Below are positions 29,349 to 39,305 of a stretch of 48,362 nt of DNA, one piece after another. The stretch covers positions 1-48,362 of the forward strand of contig JBAUHH010000393.1 of assembly GCA_049680165.1 (NCBI GenBank), in the 5' to 3' direction. Both the position numbers and the translations under genes were made by a program. This stretch comes from Pseudolabrys sp. GTDB lineage: Bacteria > Pseudomonadota > Alphaproteobacteria > Rhizobiales > Xanthobacteraceae. Each line of letters opens with the position of its first letter. Position 1 is the stretch's first letter. Below the pieces are notes generated by a model. That model was not told the origin of the DNA. It saw only the letters and a list, made by a program, of their open reading frames with translations, and did no database searches.

Positions 29349-29395
29349 TGCATGATTGGTGGCAAGCAAGTATGGCCAAAATGGCGACGCCATTC

Positions 29396-30331
29396 ATGAG
29401 TGACGATATCCCCTTCGACAAGAATCTCGATCTCGCACCCGACCGGGTGGACGAGGTCATACCCGGCGTGCGGCGCGTGATGGCCGACAATCCGGGTCCG
29501 TTCACTTTCAAGGGCACGATGAGTTACATCGTCGGCCGCGGCAAGGTTGCGATCGTCGATCCCGGCCCGGACGACACGCGCCACGTGGCGGCGCTGCTCG
29601 ACGCCGTGCGCGGCGAAACGGTGACGCACATCTTCGTCACCCACACCCACCGTGACCATTCGCCGGCGGTGCCGCGCATCAAGGCCGCGACCGGCGCGAC
29701 GGTCTACGCCGAAGGTCCGCATCGCGCCGCGCGGCCGCTGCACATCGGCGAGCACAACCCGCTCGACGCCAGCGCCGATCACGACTTCAAGCCGGACGTT
29801 GCGCTTGCCGACGGCGCGGTGGTCGAGGGCGACGGCTGGAGCATGGAGGCGGTGACGACGCCCGGCCACACCGCCAATCATATGGCGTTTGCGTTTTGCG
29901 AGAAGAACCTGCTGTTCGCCGGCGATCACGTGATGGCCTGGGCGACCTCGATCGTCGCGCCGCCCGACGGCGCGATGAGCGATTACATGGCCTCGCTGAA
30001 CAAGCTCGCGAAGCGCAACGAGCCGGTCTATCTGCCGGGGCACGGACCGGCGATTACCGACGCGCCGCGCTTCGTGCACTACTACATCTTGCACCGGAAG
30101 GCGCGCGAAGATTCGATCCTGCATCGCCTGGCGAAAGGCGAGAGCGACATTCCGGCCATCGTGCGCGCGATCTATATCGGCATCGATCCGCGACTTACCG
30201 GTGCCGCCGGCCTGTCGGTACTCGCGCACATGGAAGATCTGGTCACGCGCGGCCTGGTCGAAACCGAAGGCGCGCCGTCGATCGACGGCATTTATCGCTT
30301 GGGTGCGGGCGCCGCGCGCTTGGGCGGCTGA
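29396..30331 (+). CDS. MBL-fold metallo-hydrolase (LACTB2-like)
   Basis: NPGPFTFKGT, THTHRDH, TPGHTANH, GDHVMAW, PGHG. Confidence 0.92.
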   Translation: MSDDIPFDKNLDLAPDRVDEVIPGVRRVMADNPGPFTFKGTMSYIVGRGKVAIVDPGPDDTRHVAALLDAVRGETVTHIFVTHTHRDHSPAVPRIKAATGATVYAEGPHRAARPLHIGEHNPLDASADHDFKPDVALADGAVVEGDGWSMEAVTTPGHTANHMAFAFCEKNLLFAGDHVMAWATSIVAPPDGAMSDYMASLNKLAKRNEPVYLPGHGPAITDAPRFVHYYILHRKAREDSILHRLAKGESDIPAIVRAIYIGIDPRLTGAAGLSVLAHMEDLVTRGLVETEGAPSIDGIYRLGAGAARLGG

Positions 30332-31143
30332 GCGGGCGGCTTTTTCGCCGGCGCTGCTTCGGGTTTCGGCTCCGGAATTGAATCGATCTCGTCGTCGATA
30401 TCGTCGAGCAGCTTGCTGACGCGCACCGCGTTGGCGCCGAAGTCGATTTTGCCGTAACGCGACGCCGAACGCATATCGATGCGCGTGGCGTTGGGCCCGA
30501 CCGCGGTGATGCGGATGACCACGTCGTCGCGGAAACCCATGATGGTCGTGCGCGCGACCGCCTCGATCACGCCGTTGCGGCTTGGCGCCGGCGCCTGCGC
30601 ATCGACGATACGCCATTTGCGCTTGGTGATGACCTTGATCGCCGAATCGTAGGCGTCCTTGGCGCTGGCGGTGACTTCGAGCGGCGAGACGTCGGGATAG
30701 GCGGCTTGTTGAAGCTCGGCCGTCGCCCGGCCGGGATAATCGCTGGTGCCGGGAGTGCGCAGTCGCGCCAGCACGTCGAAGCGCGGCGGATTGACCGCGT
30801 CCGTGGTGATGTCGTTGATCGGCGGCAGCTTGTAGGCCTTCGCCGCGAGGTAGCCCGGATAGGCGAGCAGCACGATTGCGACCAGGAGCGCCTCGATCGA
30901 ATGGCGCAGCCCGCCAAGCCCCTGGCGCCAGATCGGCACGAAAGACGCGAATGCCAGCAGCATCGCCACGATGGCAAAACCTAGTGCCGCGGCGAAGGTC
31001 GCCAATGCAGGCCCGATTTCCAGCAGATCCAGCCGCAGGATGATGACCGACAGCGCCGCAACGATGAGGGCAAACAGCGCCAACCGGCCGGACCAGACCG
31101 CAAGGCGGGACTTGGGGATTTCAACGTAAGGCTGACGCAGCAT
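30292..31143 (-). CDS. DUF1499 domain membrane protein
   Basis: Three N-terminal TMs; PPINDITTD, AYPD, GFRDDVVIR, DMRSASRYG..DFGAN..R. Confidence 0.88.
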   Translation of the reverse strand: MLRQPYVEIPKSRLAVWSGRLALFALIVAALSVIILRLDLLEIGPALATFAAALGFAIVAMLLAFASFVPIWRQGLGGLRHSIEALLVAIVLLAYPGYLAAKAYKLPPINDITTDAVNPPRFDVLARLRTPGTSDYPGRATAELQQAAYPDVSPLEVTASAKDAYDSAIKVITKRKWRIVDAQAPAPSRNGVIEAVARTTIMGFRDDVVIRITAVGPNATRIDMRSASRYGKIDFGANAVRVSKLLDDIDDEIDSIPEPKPEAAPAKKPPAQPPKRAAPAPKR

Positions 31144-31151
31144 GGAATCCG

Positions 31152-32252
31152 TTACCCCGCACAAATCCTTTTTAGCGCCTGCCACTCGGCGGCGTCGAGC
31201 ATTGGCTGTGTGTTTCGCGCCGGCGCGAGCTTGTTGATGGCGGCGACACGCGCCTTGGTTTCGGGGTGATCGAGCAGGATTGCCATGCCCGGCTCGGTGG
31301 CCCCGCCGATCTTGCCAAGCATGGTCCCGAGTGCGCGCGCATTGCCGCCGGCCTTGATCATCAGCTGCGCGCCATAGGCGTCGGCCGCCGCCTCAACGTC
31401 GCGGGTGTAGGAGGATTGCAGCACGGTCTTGGCGGCAAGCACGACCGCGCCGCCGCCCACGAAGTCGCCGAACAACATGCCGAACAGAAACGACAGGCCG
31501 CTCGCCTGCAACACCGAGCGCGTGCCGTCGCGGTGCGCAATGTGGCCGATCTCATGTGCGAGCACGCCGGCGACCTCGTCCGGATTCCCGGCTTTGTCGA
31601 TCAGGCCTTCGAACACGTAAATTTTCGCCCCCGGCAGCGCAATGGCATTGGCCTCATTGCGTCGTACGACCACGACGTTGAGCGGCGACGGCAGCGCCGC
31701 GGCGTTTTCGAGTCGGTGCACGAGCTTGTCGAGCGCAGCGCGGCCCGCCTTCTCGCGCGCACCGTTGCCGCATTCGAACGCGGCGCCGGCTTTTTTCCTA
31801 TCGAGAACGCCGCGCATCTGCACGTCGACGGCATCGCCCAGCCTGCGCTCGATGGCAGTCGGGATCAGCGGCGTGATCCGCTCCGCGAGCGCTGGTACGG
31901 CAAAATAGCCGACGACCAGCAGCGAGACCGTGGCGGTAACCGTCCAGGCGATCACGCTCGCGCGCTGACGGCGCTGGATCAAACCCGTGCGGTCGATGGT
32001 GTCGGCGCGCGCGTCGATCTCGGCGGCCAAGGCCGGATCGACAATTTCCAGCCGCGCCAGCACCGCATTGCCGCGCCGGCCGAGACGCAGGAGCCCGTCC
32101 GGCGCGTTGAGCTCGACCAACTCGGCATAGGGCCAATCCGCCAGCAGGCGGCCGTCGGCGGCGGTGATGCGCAGCCCTTTGTCCACAAGCTCCACCGCCG
32201 CGTTATGCCGCGCGCTGGTGATGCCGTCGAAAAAAAATCCCGAGCCTGCCAT
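31152..32252 (-). CDS. M48 family metallopeptidase
   Basis: FFDG.S N-terminal domain, TM, NAIALPG, GVLAHEIGH (HExxH), E..AD, HP. Confidence 0.92.
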   Translation of the reverse strand: MAGSGFFFDGITSARHNAAVELVDKGLRITAADGRLLADWPYAELVELNAPDGLLRLGRRGNAVLARLEIVDPALAAEIDARADTIDRTGLIQRRQRASVIAWTVTATVSLLVVGYFAVPALAERITPLIPTAIERRLGDAVDVQMRGVLDRKKAGAAFECGNGAREKAGRAALDKLVHRLENAAALPSPLNVVVVRRNEANAIALPGAKIYVFEGLIDKAGNPDEVAGVLAHEIGHIAHRDGTRSVLQASGLSFLFGMLFGDFVGGGAVVLAAKTVLQSSYTRDVEAAADAYGAQLMIKAGGNARALGTMLGKIGGATEPGMAILLDHPETKARVAAINKLAPARNTQPMLDAAEWQALKRICAG

Positions 32253-32253
32253 G

Positions 32254-33516
32254 TCAGTAACCGCCGATGTTGAGTGCGTCAGCGAGTCCTTCGCCCAGCG
32301 CCGAGCTCGGTCCGCCAGTCGATTTGACCTTGTCGAGCGCCGCAAGTCCCGACAGCTGCATCGATTCAGCGCCGAGCTGCCAAAGCGAGAGCTTCACGGT
32401 CGCGCGGTAGATGGCCGAGTAGCCGAGCGCGACGATGACATACCCGATCAGCAGCGCGCCCGATGTCACGATCTCGCGTCCTGTGCCCGAATTATCGCCG
32501 CCGGCGATTTTGTTCACGATCAGGGCCACCGGAGCGGCGGCGATGCTCGTGCCCAGGCTGAACAGGATCGACCACCAGAGAAAGCGGAAGTAAGCGCCGT
32601 ACACGTGGCGTGTCCTCAGGCGTGAACGCACTTCGATCTCGCCGAAACGAAGTCCCGACGTCCACCAGCGCAACACCATCGCCTGAAACGCCGGATAAAA
32701 CACCGCGGCGGCGAAGACCGTGAGGCTTCCCATCAGTATGGCGAACACGACCGCACCGCCGAAGCCTGGGCTGGCGCCTTCGAGCCGCGCCATCATGTCG
32801 TCGCCGCCCTGCTGGACCACATTGGCGAGCGCCGTCCAGTCGACGGCCTCGATCAGGGCGCCGACGGCAGCGACCAGCGGTCCAACCACCAGCAGCCACA
32901 TCGGCAGGCCGCGCAGGAACAGCCGGAATGCCGAGCCCTCGAAGCTGCCGGCGAGATCGCCGTAATAGGTGTTGCGCATCTTGAAGCGTTCGAGCCGCGC
33001 CTGCTGCCACGGATAACCAAGGCCGCAGGTGAGTATCGTTATCGTCCACCAGAACAGCGCACACACCGCGTAGCGCCACGCCGAGCCGGATTGGTGAAAG
33101 CGCACGCCGCGGAAGATCGTGCGCGTCAGTCGGTAGCGCCTCGCGCGATAGACCGCGTATTGGCCGAGCAGCGCCAGCAGTGCGAAACCGAACAGGCTGG
33201 AAAACTGTCCAATAACGCCGAGATCGAGTGCGGCCAGAAAAAACATGGCGTAGACGGGAATAAGAATGGCGATGGCGGCGAGAAATCCGATCAGCAGCTC
33301 GAACGGCGTACCGGTATATTCCAGGCTCTCACCGGCGATCTCGGTGCTCGACCAAAGGAAACGGCGCACGTCGGTGGCGAGCCAGAAGCGGTAGATGCCG
33401 AGCGTCACCATCAGCAAAGCGGCGCCGCGCACCAGCAAATGAAAATAGGCGCGGCGGCTGCCGAGAAACCGCGCGCCGCCGGTGGTCGCGGGCGCGCTGA
33501 CGTCGGTGCTGGTCAT
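32254..33516 (-). CDS. DUF898 / YjgN family membrane protein
   Basis: TLGIYRFW..RRFLW, YTG..EL..GFL, T..RGVRF, C-terminal EGLADAL. Confidence 0.88.
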   Translation of the reverse strand: MTSTDVSAPATTGGARFLGSRRAYFHLLVRGAALLMVTLGIYRFWLATDVRRFLWSSTEIAGESLEYTGTPFELLIGFLAAIAILIPVYAMFFLAALDLGVIGQFSSLFGFALLALLGQYAVYRARRYRLTRTIFRGVRFHQSGSAWRYAVCALFWWTITILTCGLGYPWQQARLERFKMRNTYYGDLAGSFEGSAFRLFLRGLPMWLLVVGPLVAAVGALIEAVDWTALANVVQQGGDDMMARLEGASPGFGGAVVFAILMGSLTVFAAAVFYPAFQAMVLRWWTSGLRFGEIEVRSRLRTRHVYGAYFRFLWWSILFSLGTSIAAAPVALIVNKIAGGDNSGTGREIVTSGALLIGYVIVALGYSAIYRATVKLSLWQLGAESMQLSGLAALDKVKSTGGPSSALGEGLADALNIGGY

Positions 33517-33556
33517 GGGGCGAAAGGGATATCCGCTCACCTCCGCCCAGGCAACG

Positions 33557-35194
33557 TCATTCCGCGGCCGCGACGGTCGGCAACACGTAGCTCTTGAAAC
33601 GCTCGCGCAGCGCGGTCTTTTGAATCTTGCCGGTGGCGGTATGTGGAATTTCGTCCACGAATACCACGTCGTCCGGCATCCACCATTTGGCAATCTTGCC
33701 TTGCATGAATCCGAGCAGGTCTTCCTTGCTGGCCTGTTCGCCCTTCTTGAGCACGATCACCAGCAACGGTCGCTCGTCCCATTTCGGATGATTGATGCCG
33801 ATCACCGCGGCTTCCGCCACTTTCGGATGACCGACCGCGAGATTTTCCAGATCGATCGATGAAATCCATTCGCCGCCGGATTTGATCACATCCTTGGCGC
33901 GGTCGGTGATCTGCATGTAGCCGTATTGGTCGATGGTCGCGACGTCGCCGGTGTCGAAGAATCCTTCATCGTCGAGGATGTCGTCCTTGCTCTTGAAGTA
34001 GGCCTTTGCGACCGCGGGCCCGCGGACTTTCAACCGGCCGAACGTCTTGCCGTCCCAGGGCAGTTTTTTGCCCGCGTCGTCAGTGATCTCCATTTCCACG
34101 CCGAACGGCGGATGGCCCTGTTTCATCTGCACGTCGAGGCGAGCTTCGCCTTTCAGCTTCTCGTATTCCGGCTTCATGGTGCAGAGCGAGCCGAGTGGAC
34201 TCATCTCGGTCATGCCCCAGGCGTGGATGACCTCGACACCGTATTTGTCCTGGAACGTCTGGGTCATGGCGCGCGGGCACGCCGAGCCGCCGATCACCAC
34301 GCGCTTCAAGTAAGGCAACTTGCCGCCGGTCTTCTCCAGATCCTGCAACAGCATCAGCCACACGGTCGGCACCGCGGCGGTGAAGGAGACTTTGTACTTG
34401 TCGAGCAATTCGTAGATCGAGGCGCCATCCATCTTGGCGCCCGGCAGGACCATGCTCGCGCCCATCATCGGGCACGAGAAGGCGAGCGACCAGCCGTTGG
34501 CGTGGAACAACGGCACGACCGGGAGCACCACGTCGCGCGCGGAGATGCCTTTGCAATCCGGGAGCGACGCCATCAAGGCGTGGATGATGTTCGAGCGGTG
34601 CGAATAGAGCACGCCCTTAGGATTGCCGGTGGTGCCCGACGTGTAGCACATGCCGGCCGCGGTGTTTTCGTCGAACGATATCCATTCGAAGTCGCCGTCC
34701 ATTTCGCCGATCCATTCTTCGTAGGCGACCGCGTTCTTGAGCGTGGTCTTCGGCATGTGCGCTGCGTCGGTGAGCACGATGTAGCGCTCGATGGTCGGTA
34801 GTTTGTCGGCGAGCTTTTCCAAAAGCGGCACAAAAGTCGTGTCGGCGATCATCACGCGGTCTTCGGCGTGATTGATGATCCAGACGAGCTGCTCGGGGAA
34901 CAGGCGCGGGTTGACGGTGTGATAGATCGCGCCGATGCCGAGGATGCCGTACCAGGTTTCCAGATGCCGCCACGTGTTCCACGCCATCGTCGCGACGCGG
35001 TCGCCGAGCTTGACGCCGTCACGCTCCAGCCGCTGCGCCACCTTCAAGGCGCGCGTGCGGATGGTCGCATAATCGGTTTCGACGATCGGCCCTTCGATCG
35101 AGCGCGTGATAACCCGCCGTTTACCGTGATAGGTGGCGGCGTGATCGATGATGCGATGGCACAAAAGTGGCCAATCCTGCATCAGCCCTAGCAT
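33557..35194 (-). CDS. Acyl-CoA ligase, DmdB (3-methylthiopropionyl-CoA ligase) / medium-chain fatty acid family
   Basis: MLGLMQDWPL, CYTSGTTGNPKG, HAWGMTEMSP, DRAKDVIKSGGEWISS, TGKIQK. Confidence 0.92.
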   Translation of the reverse strand: MLGLMQDWPLLCHRIIDHAATYHGKRRVITRSIEGPIVETDYATIRTRALKVAQRLERDGVKLGDRVATMAWNTWRHLETWYGILGIGAIYHTVNPRLFPEQLVWIINHAEDRVMIADTTFVPLLEKLADKLPTIERYIVLTDAAHMPKTTLKNAVAYEEWIGEMDGDFEWISFDENTAAGMCYTSGTTGNPKGVLYSHRSNIIHALMASLPDCKGISARDVVLPVVPLFHANGWSLAFSCPMMGASMVLPGAKMDGASIYELLDKYKVSFTAAVPTVWLMLLQDLEKTGGKLPYLKRVVIGGSACPRAMTQTFQDKYGVEVIHAWGMTEMSPLGSLCTMKPEYEKLKGEARLDVQMKQGHPPFGVEMEITDDAGKKLPWDGKTFGRLKVRGPAVAKAYFKSKDDILDDEGFFDTGDVATIDQYGYMQITDRAKDVIKSGGEWISSIDLENLAVGHPKVAEAAVIGINHPKWDERPLLVIVLKKGEQASKEDLLGFMQGKIAKWWMPDDVVFVDEIPHTATGKIQKTALRERFKSYVLPTVAAAE

Positions 35195-35351
35195 GGACGT
35201 CTCCCTGGTCTTTTCTGCCTGTTGGGCCACCGTTTCCGGTGGCCAGTCGCAAGGTTAGCCGCCGTACCGGCCAACGCAACCGCCCCGGGAGGGGTCCGGG
35301 CCGGGTCGCCGATCCCGCACAAATGCCGCAATTGCACCCGACATGGGGCAA

Positions 35352-36170
35352 ATGCGGCCGGTTGTTGCTTTGATCGTTCTGGTTGGGGTGGGGTGCGGTG
35401 TTGCCGTTGCCGATGACGCTCCGCTACCGCAGCCAAGGCCGGTGCCTTACGCCGACGCGCCGGTGATCCTGTCGCCACCGCTTTACACCATCGACGAGAT
35501 CACCAGCGCGCCGTCCGACTGCCGCGTGCGCTTGCAGGCGATCGCCGAGGTCACACCGCTTCCGATCATGGACGGGCCGGGCATATGCGGCGGTGATGAC
35601 ATGGTCGAGCTCAAGGCCGTGGTGCTTCCCGATCACGCGCGCATCCCGATCGTGCCGGCTGCGATGCTGCGCTGTCCGATGGCGGCGGCGCTGACGGACT
35701 GGCTGCGTGACGATGCGGCGCCGCGCGTTTCGCAATTGGGCGCAGCCTTGCGTTCGGTGGAGAACTACGATTCCTACGAATGCCGCGGGCGCAATCGCGT
35801 CGTGGGGGCCAAGATCAGCGAGCACGGCAAGGGTAACGCCATCGATGTGCGCGCTTTCCATCTCGCCGACGGACGCCGCATCGAGCTCACCGACGCGAAG
35901 GTCGATAAGCCGCTGCGTGACGCCTTGCGCCAGGAAGTTTGCGGGCGATTTACGACGGTACTCGGTCCCGGCTCCGACGGCTATCACGAAGGTCACGTCC
36001 ATCTCGATCTTGCCGAACGCCGAGGCGGCTACCGGATTTGCGAATGGGATGTGCGCGAGCCCGCCGCCGTTGTCGCAGCCACCTCCGCCGACACCGAAAT
36101 CGCCGCGCTCAACGTTCCGCTGCCGCCGCCGCGGCCTGCCGCGCTGCGTGCCGCGCAAAGCAAGCTTTAG
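35352..36170 (+). CDS. Extensin-like C-terminal domain protein (probable LAS-type Zn peptidase fold)
   Basis: Signal peptide; SYECRGRN, SEHGKGNAID, FTTVLGPGSDGYHEGHVHLD. Confidence 0.85.
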   Translation: MRPVVALIVLVGVGCGVAVADDAPLPQPRPVPYADAPVILSPPLYTIDEITSAPSDCRVRLQAIAEVTPLPIMDGPGICGGDDMVELKAVVLPDHARIPIVPAAMLRCPMAAALTDWLRDDAAPRVSQLGAALRSVENYDSYECRGRNRVVGAKISEHGKGNAIDVRAFHLADGRRIELTDAKVDKPLRDALRQEVCGRFTTVLGPGSDGYHEGHVHLDLAERRGGYRICEWDVREPAAVVAATSADTEIAALNVPLPPPRPAALRAAQSKL

Positions 36171-37289
36171 TCAGCTCCAGCGGCCTAGCGAAAATCGCGA
36201 GAGATCGTGCGCCGGCTTTTTGCTGGTCGCGAGATCGGCGAGGATTTCCCCGATCACCGGTGCGAACTTGAAGCCGTGGCCTGAGCACGGCGACGCGATG
36301 ATCACATTGGGCGCGCCCGGCAGACGGTCGATGAGAAAATCGCCGTCCGGCGTCATGGTGTAGATGCAGGTCTTGGCCGCGAGCAATTTTCCATTCGCGG
36401 CGGGAAGATTGTCGGCACAGGCGGCGCGGATCGCCGCTTCGTCGCCGGTGGATACCTTGCGGTCGATGGTGTCGGGATCGATGGTTTGGTCCTGGTGGAA
36501 GTGCTTGGAGATTTTCAGGCCTTCCGCGCGCAACGGAAATCCGTAGTGGATGCCGTGCGCGCCATCGAGCATGAATACCGGAAAACGTCCTTCTTCGAAC
36601 AAAGCCGGTTCGCGCGGCGTAAACCACGCCATCACCTGTCGCGTCGCGCGCAGTGGCAGCGACGGAAACAGTTTCGTCATCCAGGCGCCGGCGGCGGCGA
36701 TCGCGGTCTTTGCCTCGATCGTGCCGCGGTCAGTGGTAACGCGCACGCCGCCCGCGTGCGGCTCGATGCTTTGCACGGTCTCGCCGGTGCGCAACGTCGC
36801 GCCGGCTGCGACCGCAAGCGCGGCGTGGGTTTTCACCGCCGCCTCGGTCTCGATATAGCCGCCATCGGGTTGGAACACGCCGATGAAATCGTCCGGAATT
36901 CGGAACGCCGGAAAGCGCCGCATCACCTCGCCCGCATCGAGAACGTCATGCGGCAGGCCGTGCTGGCGCGAGGCCGCGAGCGTGCCCTCGATTAGCACGC
37001 CGTCGGGACGGCCGATCTCGATGATGCCGGTGACGTGCATGAGCTGGCGTCCGGCCGCCTGCTCGAGCTCGCGCCACTTCACCTGCGCATCCCGCAACAG
37101 CGGCACATAGGACGGGTGCTCGTAATAGCCGAGCCGGATGACGCGGGTTTCGCCGTGCGAGGAGCCGCGGTCATGCCCCGGTTCGAAACGTTCTATCCCG
37201 ACCACCCGCACGCCGCGGCGGGCGAGATGGTAAAGAGCCGCGCCCCCCATGGCGCCGGCGCCGATTACCGCAATGTCGAAGTCTGCCAT
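36171..37289 (-). CDS. solA: N-methyl-L-tryptophan oxidase / monomeric sarcosine oxidase
   Basis: GAGAMG, HDRGSSHGETRVIRLGY.E, TCIYT (covalent-FAD Cys), CSGHGFKF. Confidence 0.9.
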   Translation of the reverse strand: MADFDIAVIGAGAMGGAALYHLARRGVRVVGIERFEPGHDRGSSHGETRVIRLGYYEHPSYVPLLRDAQVKWRELEQAAGRQLMHVTGIIEIGRPDGVLIEGTLAASRQHGLPHDVLDAGEVMRRFPAFRIPDDFIGVFQPDGGYIETEAAVKTHAALAVAAGATLRTGETVQSIEPHAGGVRVTTDRGTIEAKTAIAAAGAWMTKLFPSLPLRATRQVMAWFTPREPALFEEGRFPVFMLDGAHGIHYGFPLRAEGLKISKHFHQDQTIDPDTIDRKVSTGDEAAIRAACADNLPAANGKLLAAKTCIYTMTPDGDFLIDRLPGAPNVIIASPCSGHGFKFAPVIGEILADLATSKKPAHDLSRFSLGRWS

Positions 37290-37479
37290 TCCCAAATCTC
37301 GCCGATCACGTTGCAAACTATAGGCGATTCAGCCGCGCGCAGCCGGTAACCGTGAGCGCAGGTTTCCAGAGAGAGGCTCACATTCGCCTTACGGCTACGC
37401 CCATAATAGACCGGTCATGCTCACCCGAGCGCCCGCTGTCATTACACCGGCCCTGCCGCCCGTCGTCGCGGACGGCGGC

Positions 37480-38355
37480 ATGACGCGCCGCAGCTTCCTG
37501 ACGAGCGGCGTCAGGCTCAGTTGCTTTGCCGCGCTCGCCGGCGCGACCACCGGTTCCTACGCCGCAGCCGAAGCCGCCTTCGGGCTTGTGACCACCAACT
37601 ACCGGCTGACGCCGCCCGGCTGGCCCGCCGGCCACCGCCTGACCGTCACCGTCATTGCGGACCTGCACGCGGGTGGCCCGAACGTGGGGATCGAGCGGGT
37701 GCGCCAAGTGGTCGATGCCGGCAACGCTCTCCGCTCCGATCTCGTCGTGTTGCTCGGCGATTATTTCGCCACCCATCGTTTCGTCACAGAAGTCGTGCCG
37801 CATGCGGCCTGGACCGCCGAACTCGCGCGCCTGAGGGCGCCGCTCGGCACTTGGGCGATCTTCGGTAATCACGACTGGTGGTACGACATCATTGGCGTGC
37901 GCCGCGCGCTGGCCAATGTGCGTATTCCCGTGCTCGAGAACGACGCCGTTCTGCTTGGCAGCGGCAACCGGAAGTTCTGGCTTGCCGGCTTGGGCGACCA
38001 GCTTGCCCATATGATCGGCCACGGCCGATTCCGCGGCGCCGACGATCTTCCGGCCGCGCTCGGCCGCGTGAAGACCGCTGATCCGGTGCTGCTGCTGGCG
38101 CACGAGCCGGACATTTTCCCGAAGGTGCCGTCGCGCGTCGCGCTGACGCTCGCAGGCCATACTCATGGCGGGCAGATCCGGGTGCCATTCGTGCCGCCGC
38201 TGTGGACGCCCTCGGCCTACGGCGCGCGCTTTGCCTACGGCCACATCGTCGAAGGCGAGCGCCACATGATCGTGTCGGGCGGGATCGGCACCAGCAAGGT
38301 GCCGCTGCGGCTCGGTGTGCCGCCGGAAATCGTCCGCGTCGAACTTGGCGCGTAG
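37480..38355 (+). CDS. Metallophosphoesterase (YkuE/YaeI-like) with twin-arginine-like N-terminus
   Basis: TRRSFL; ADLH, LGDY, GNHD, AHEPD, GHTHGGQ; start 37480 or 37417. Confidence 0.9.
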   Translation: MTRRSFLTSGVRLSCFAALAGATTGSYAAAEAAFGLVTTNYRLTPPGWPAGHRLTVTVIADLHAGGPNVGIERVRQVVDAGNALRSDLVVLLGDYFATHRFVTEVVPHAAWTAELARLRAPLGTWAIFGNHDWWYDIIGVRRALANVRIPVLENDAVLLGSGNRKFWLAGLGDQLAHMIGHGRFRGADDLPAALGRVKTADPVLLLAHEPDIFPKVPSRVALTLAGHTHGGQIRVPFVPPLWTPSAYGARFAYGHIVEGERHMIVSGGIGTSKVPLRLGVPPEIVRVELGA

Positions 38356-38361
38356 CCCAAA

Positions 38362-38389
38362 TGAAAACGGCGCCGTTTCCGGCGCCGTT
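38362..38389 (-). terminator. Intrinsic terminator between convergent genes
   Basis: Stem aacggcgccg-tttc-cggcgccgtt with a T-run on the minus strand. Confidence 0.7.
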
Positions 38390-38412
38390 CGAACTAACCG
38401 CTAAACCTCAGT

Positions 38413-39078
38413 TCAATTGAGCGAGATGCGCGAAGCCACTCGCGGATTGAATGGCGAGTCGCCTTGATGTGGCGCCAGCACGACCACCACCGCGCCCGGC
38501 TTCACCCGCTTGTAGAGGTCGATGACGTCCTCGTTGGTCATGCGGATGCAGCCTGAGGAAATCGCCTGGCCGATATATTCCGGCTGATTGGTGCCGTGAA
38601 TGCGGTAGAGCGTGTCCTTGTTGCCCTCGAACAGGTACAGCGCGCGGGCGCCCATCGGATTTTGCGGGCCCGGGCCGACAAAGTCGGGCACGTCCATGCG
38701 CTTCTTGATCTCGCTGGTCGGCGTCCATGACGGCCACTCGGTCATGCGTCCGACCTTGGCGACGCCGGACCACGCCAGCGCGTCTTCACCGACGGTCACG
38801 CCGTAGCGGATCGCCTTGCCGTTCCCCAGCACGTAGTAGAGATAGCGCGCATCGGAATCGATGACGATCGAGCCCGCCGTTTCCTTGCGGTGATAGTCGA
38901 CGATGTGGCGTTTGTACGGATCAGGAATGTTGACGTCCGCGTAAGGCGCGGCCGCCAAGAGCTTCTTGTCGCGAGGATTGAGGTTGGCTTCCGACGCGGG
39001 CTCGAGCGTCGCTTGCATGCAGCCGCCCAACAGCACACCAACGCCCAACAGAGCGAAAATTACCCCCCGTGCCGCCAT
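38413..39078 (-). CDS. L,D-transpeptidase (YkuD/ErfK) lipoprotein
   Basis: Lipobox LLGGC; NPMGARALYL, RIHGTN..SSGCIRM. Confidence 0.93.
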   Translation of the reverse strand: MAARGVIFALLGVGVLLGGCMQATLEPASEANLNPRDKKLLAAAPYADVNIPDPYKRHIVDYHRKETAGSIVIDSDARYLYYVLGNGKAIRYGVTVGEDALAWSGVAKVGRMTEWPSWTPTSEIKKRMDVPDFVGPGPQNPMGARALYLFEGNKDTLYRIHGTNQPEYIGQAISSGCIRMTNEDVIDLYKRVKPGAVVVVLAPHQGDSPFNPRVASRISLN

Positions 39079-39286
39079 TTCGTCCTCTTTCCTAATTGCC
39101 GGCCGTGGTGGCCGATCATGCTTTCAGATTGTTTTTAACCGTAGAATCGTCGGTGTTGTCACGGTTTTCGCCACATGTGTGATCCGCTTCCTGTGGAGCT
39201 GTTGCAGGAATGCCGCACCCTCCTTTGAGGTAGCCTGCGGCGATGTCCGCCACCCCGCGAACAAATACGACATAACCGCGAACATC

Positions 39287-39305
39287 TTAATCAACGGTTT
39301 ACCAT
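39287..39305 (+). promoter_or_regulatory. CtrA-like box TTAA-N7-TTTACCAT
   Basis: ttaa-tcaacgg-tttac-cat, one mismatch to TTAA-N7-TTAAC. Confidence 0.55.

Noticed and set aside
7671..35194. acuI plus DmdB-like ligase as a DMSP catabolic cluster
   Set aside because: About 25 kb apart, both families are widespread, and no dmdA, dmdC or ddd genes are present
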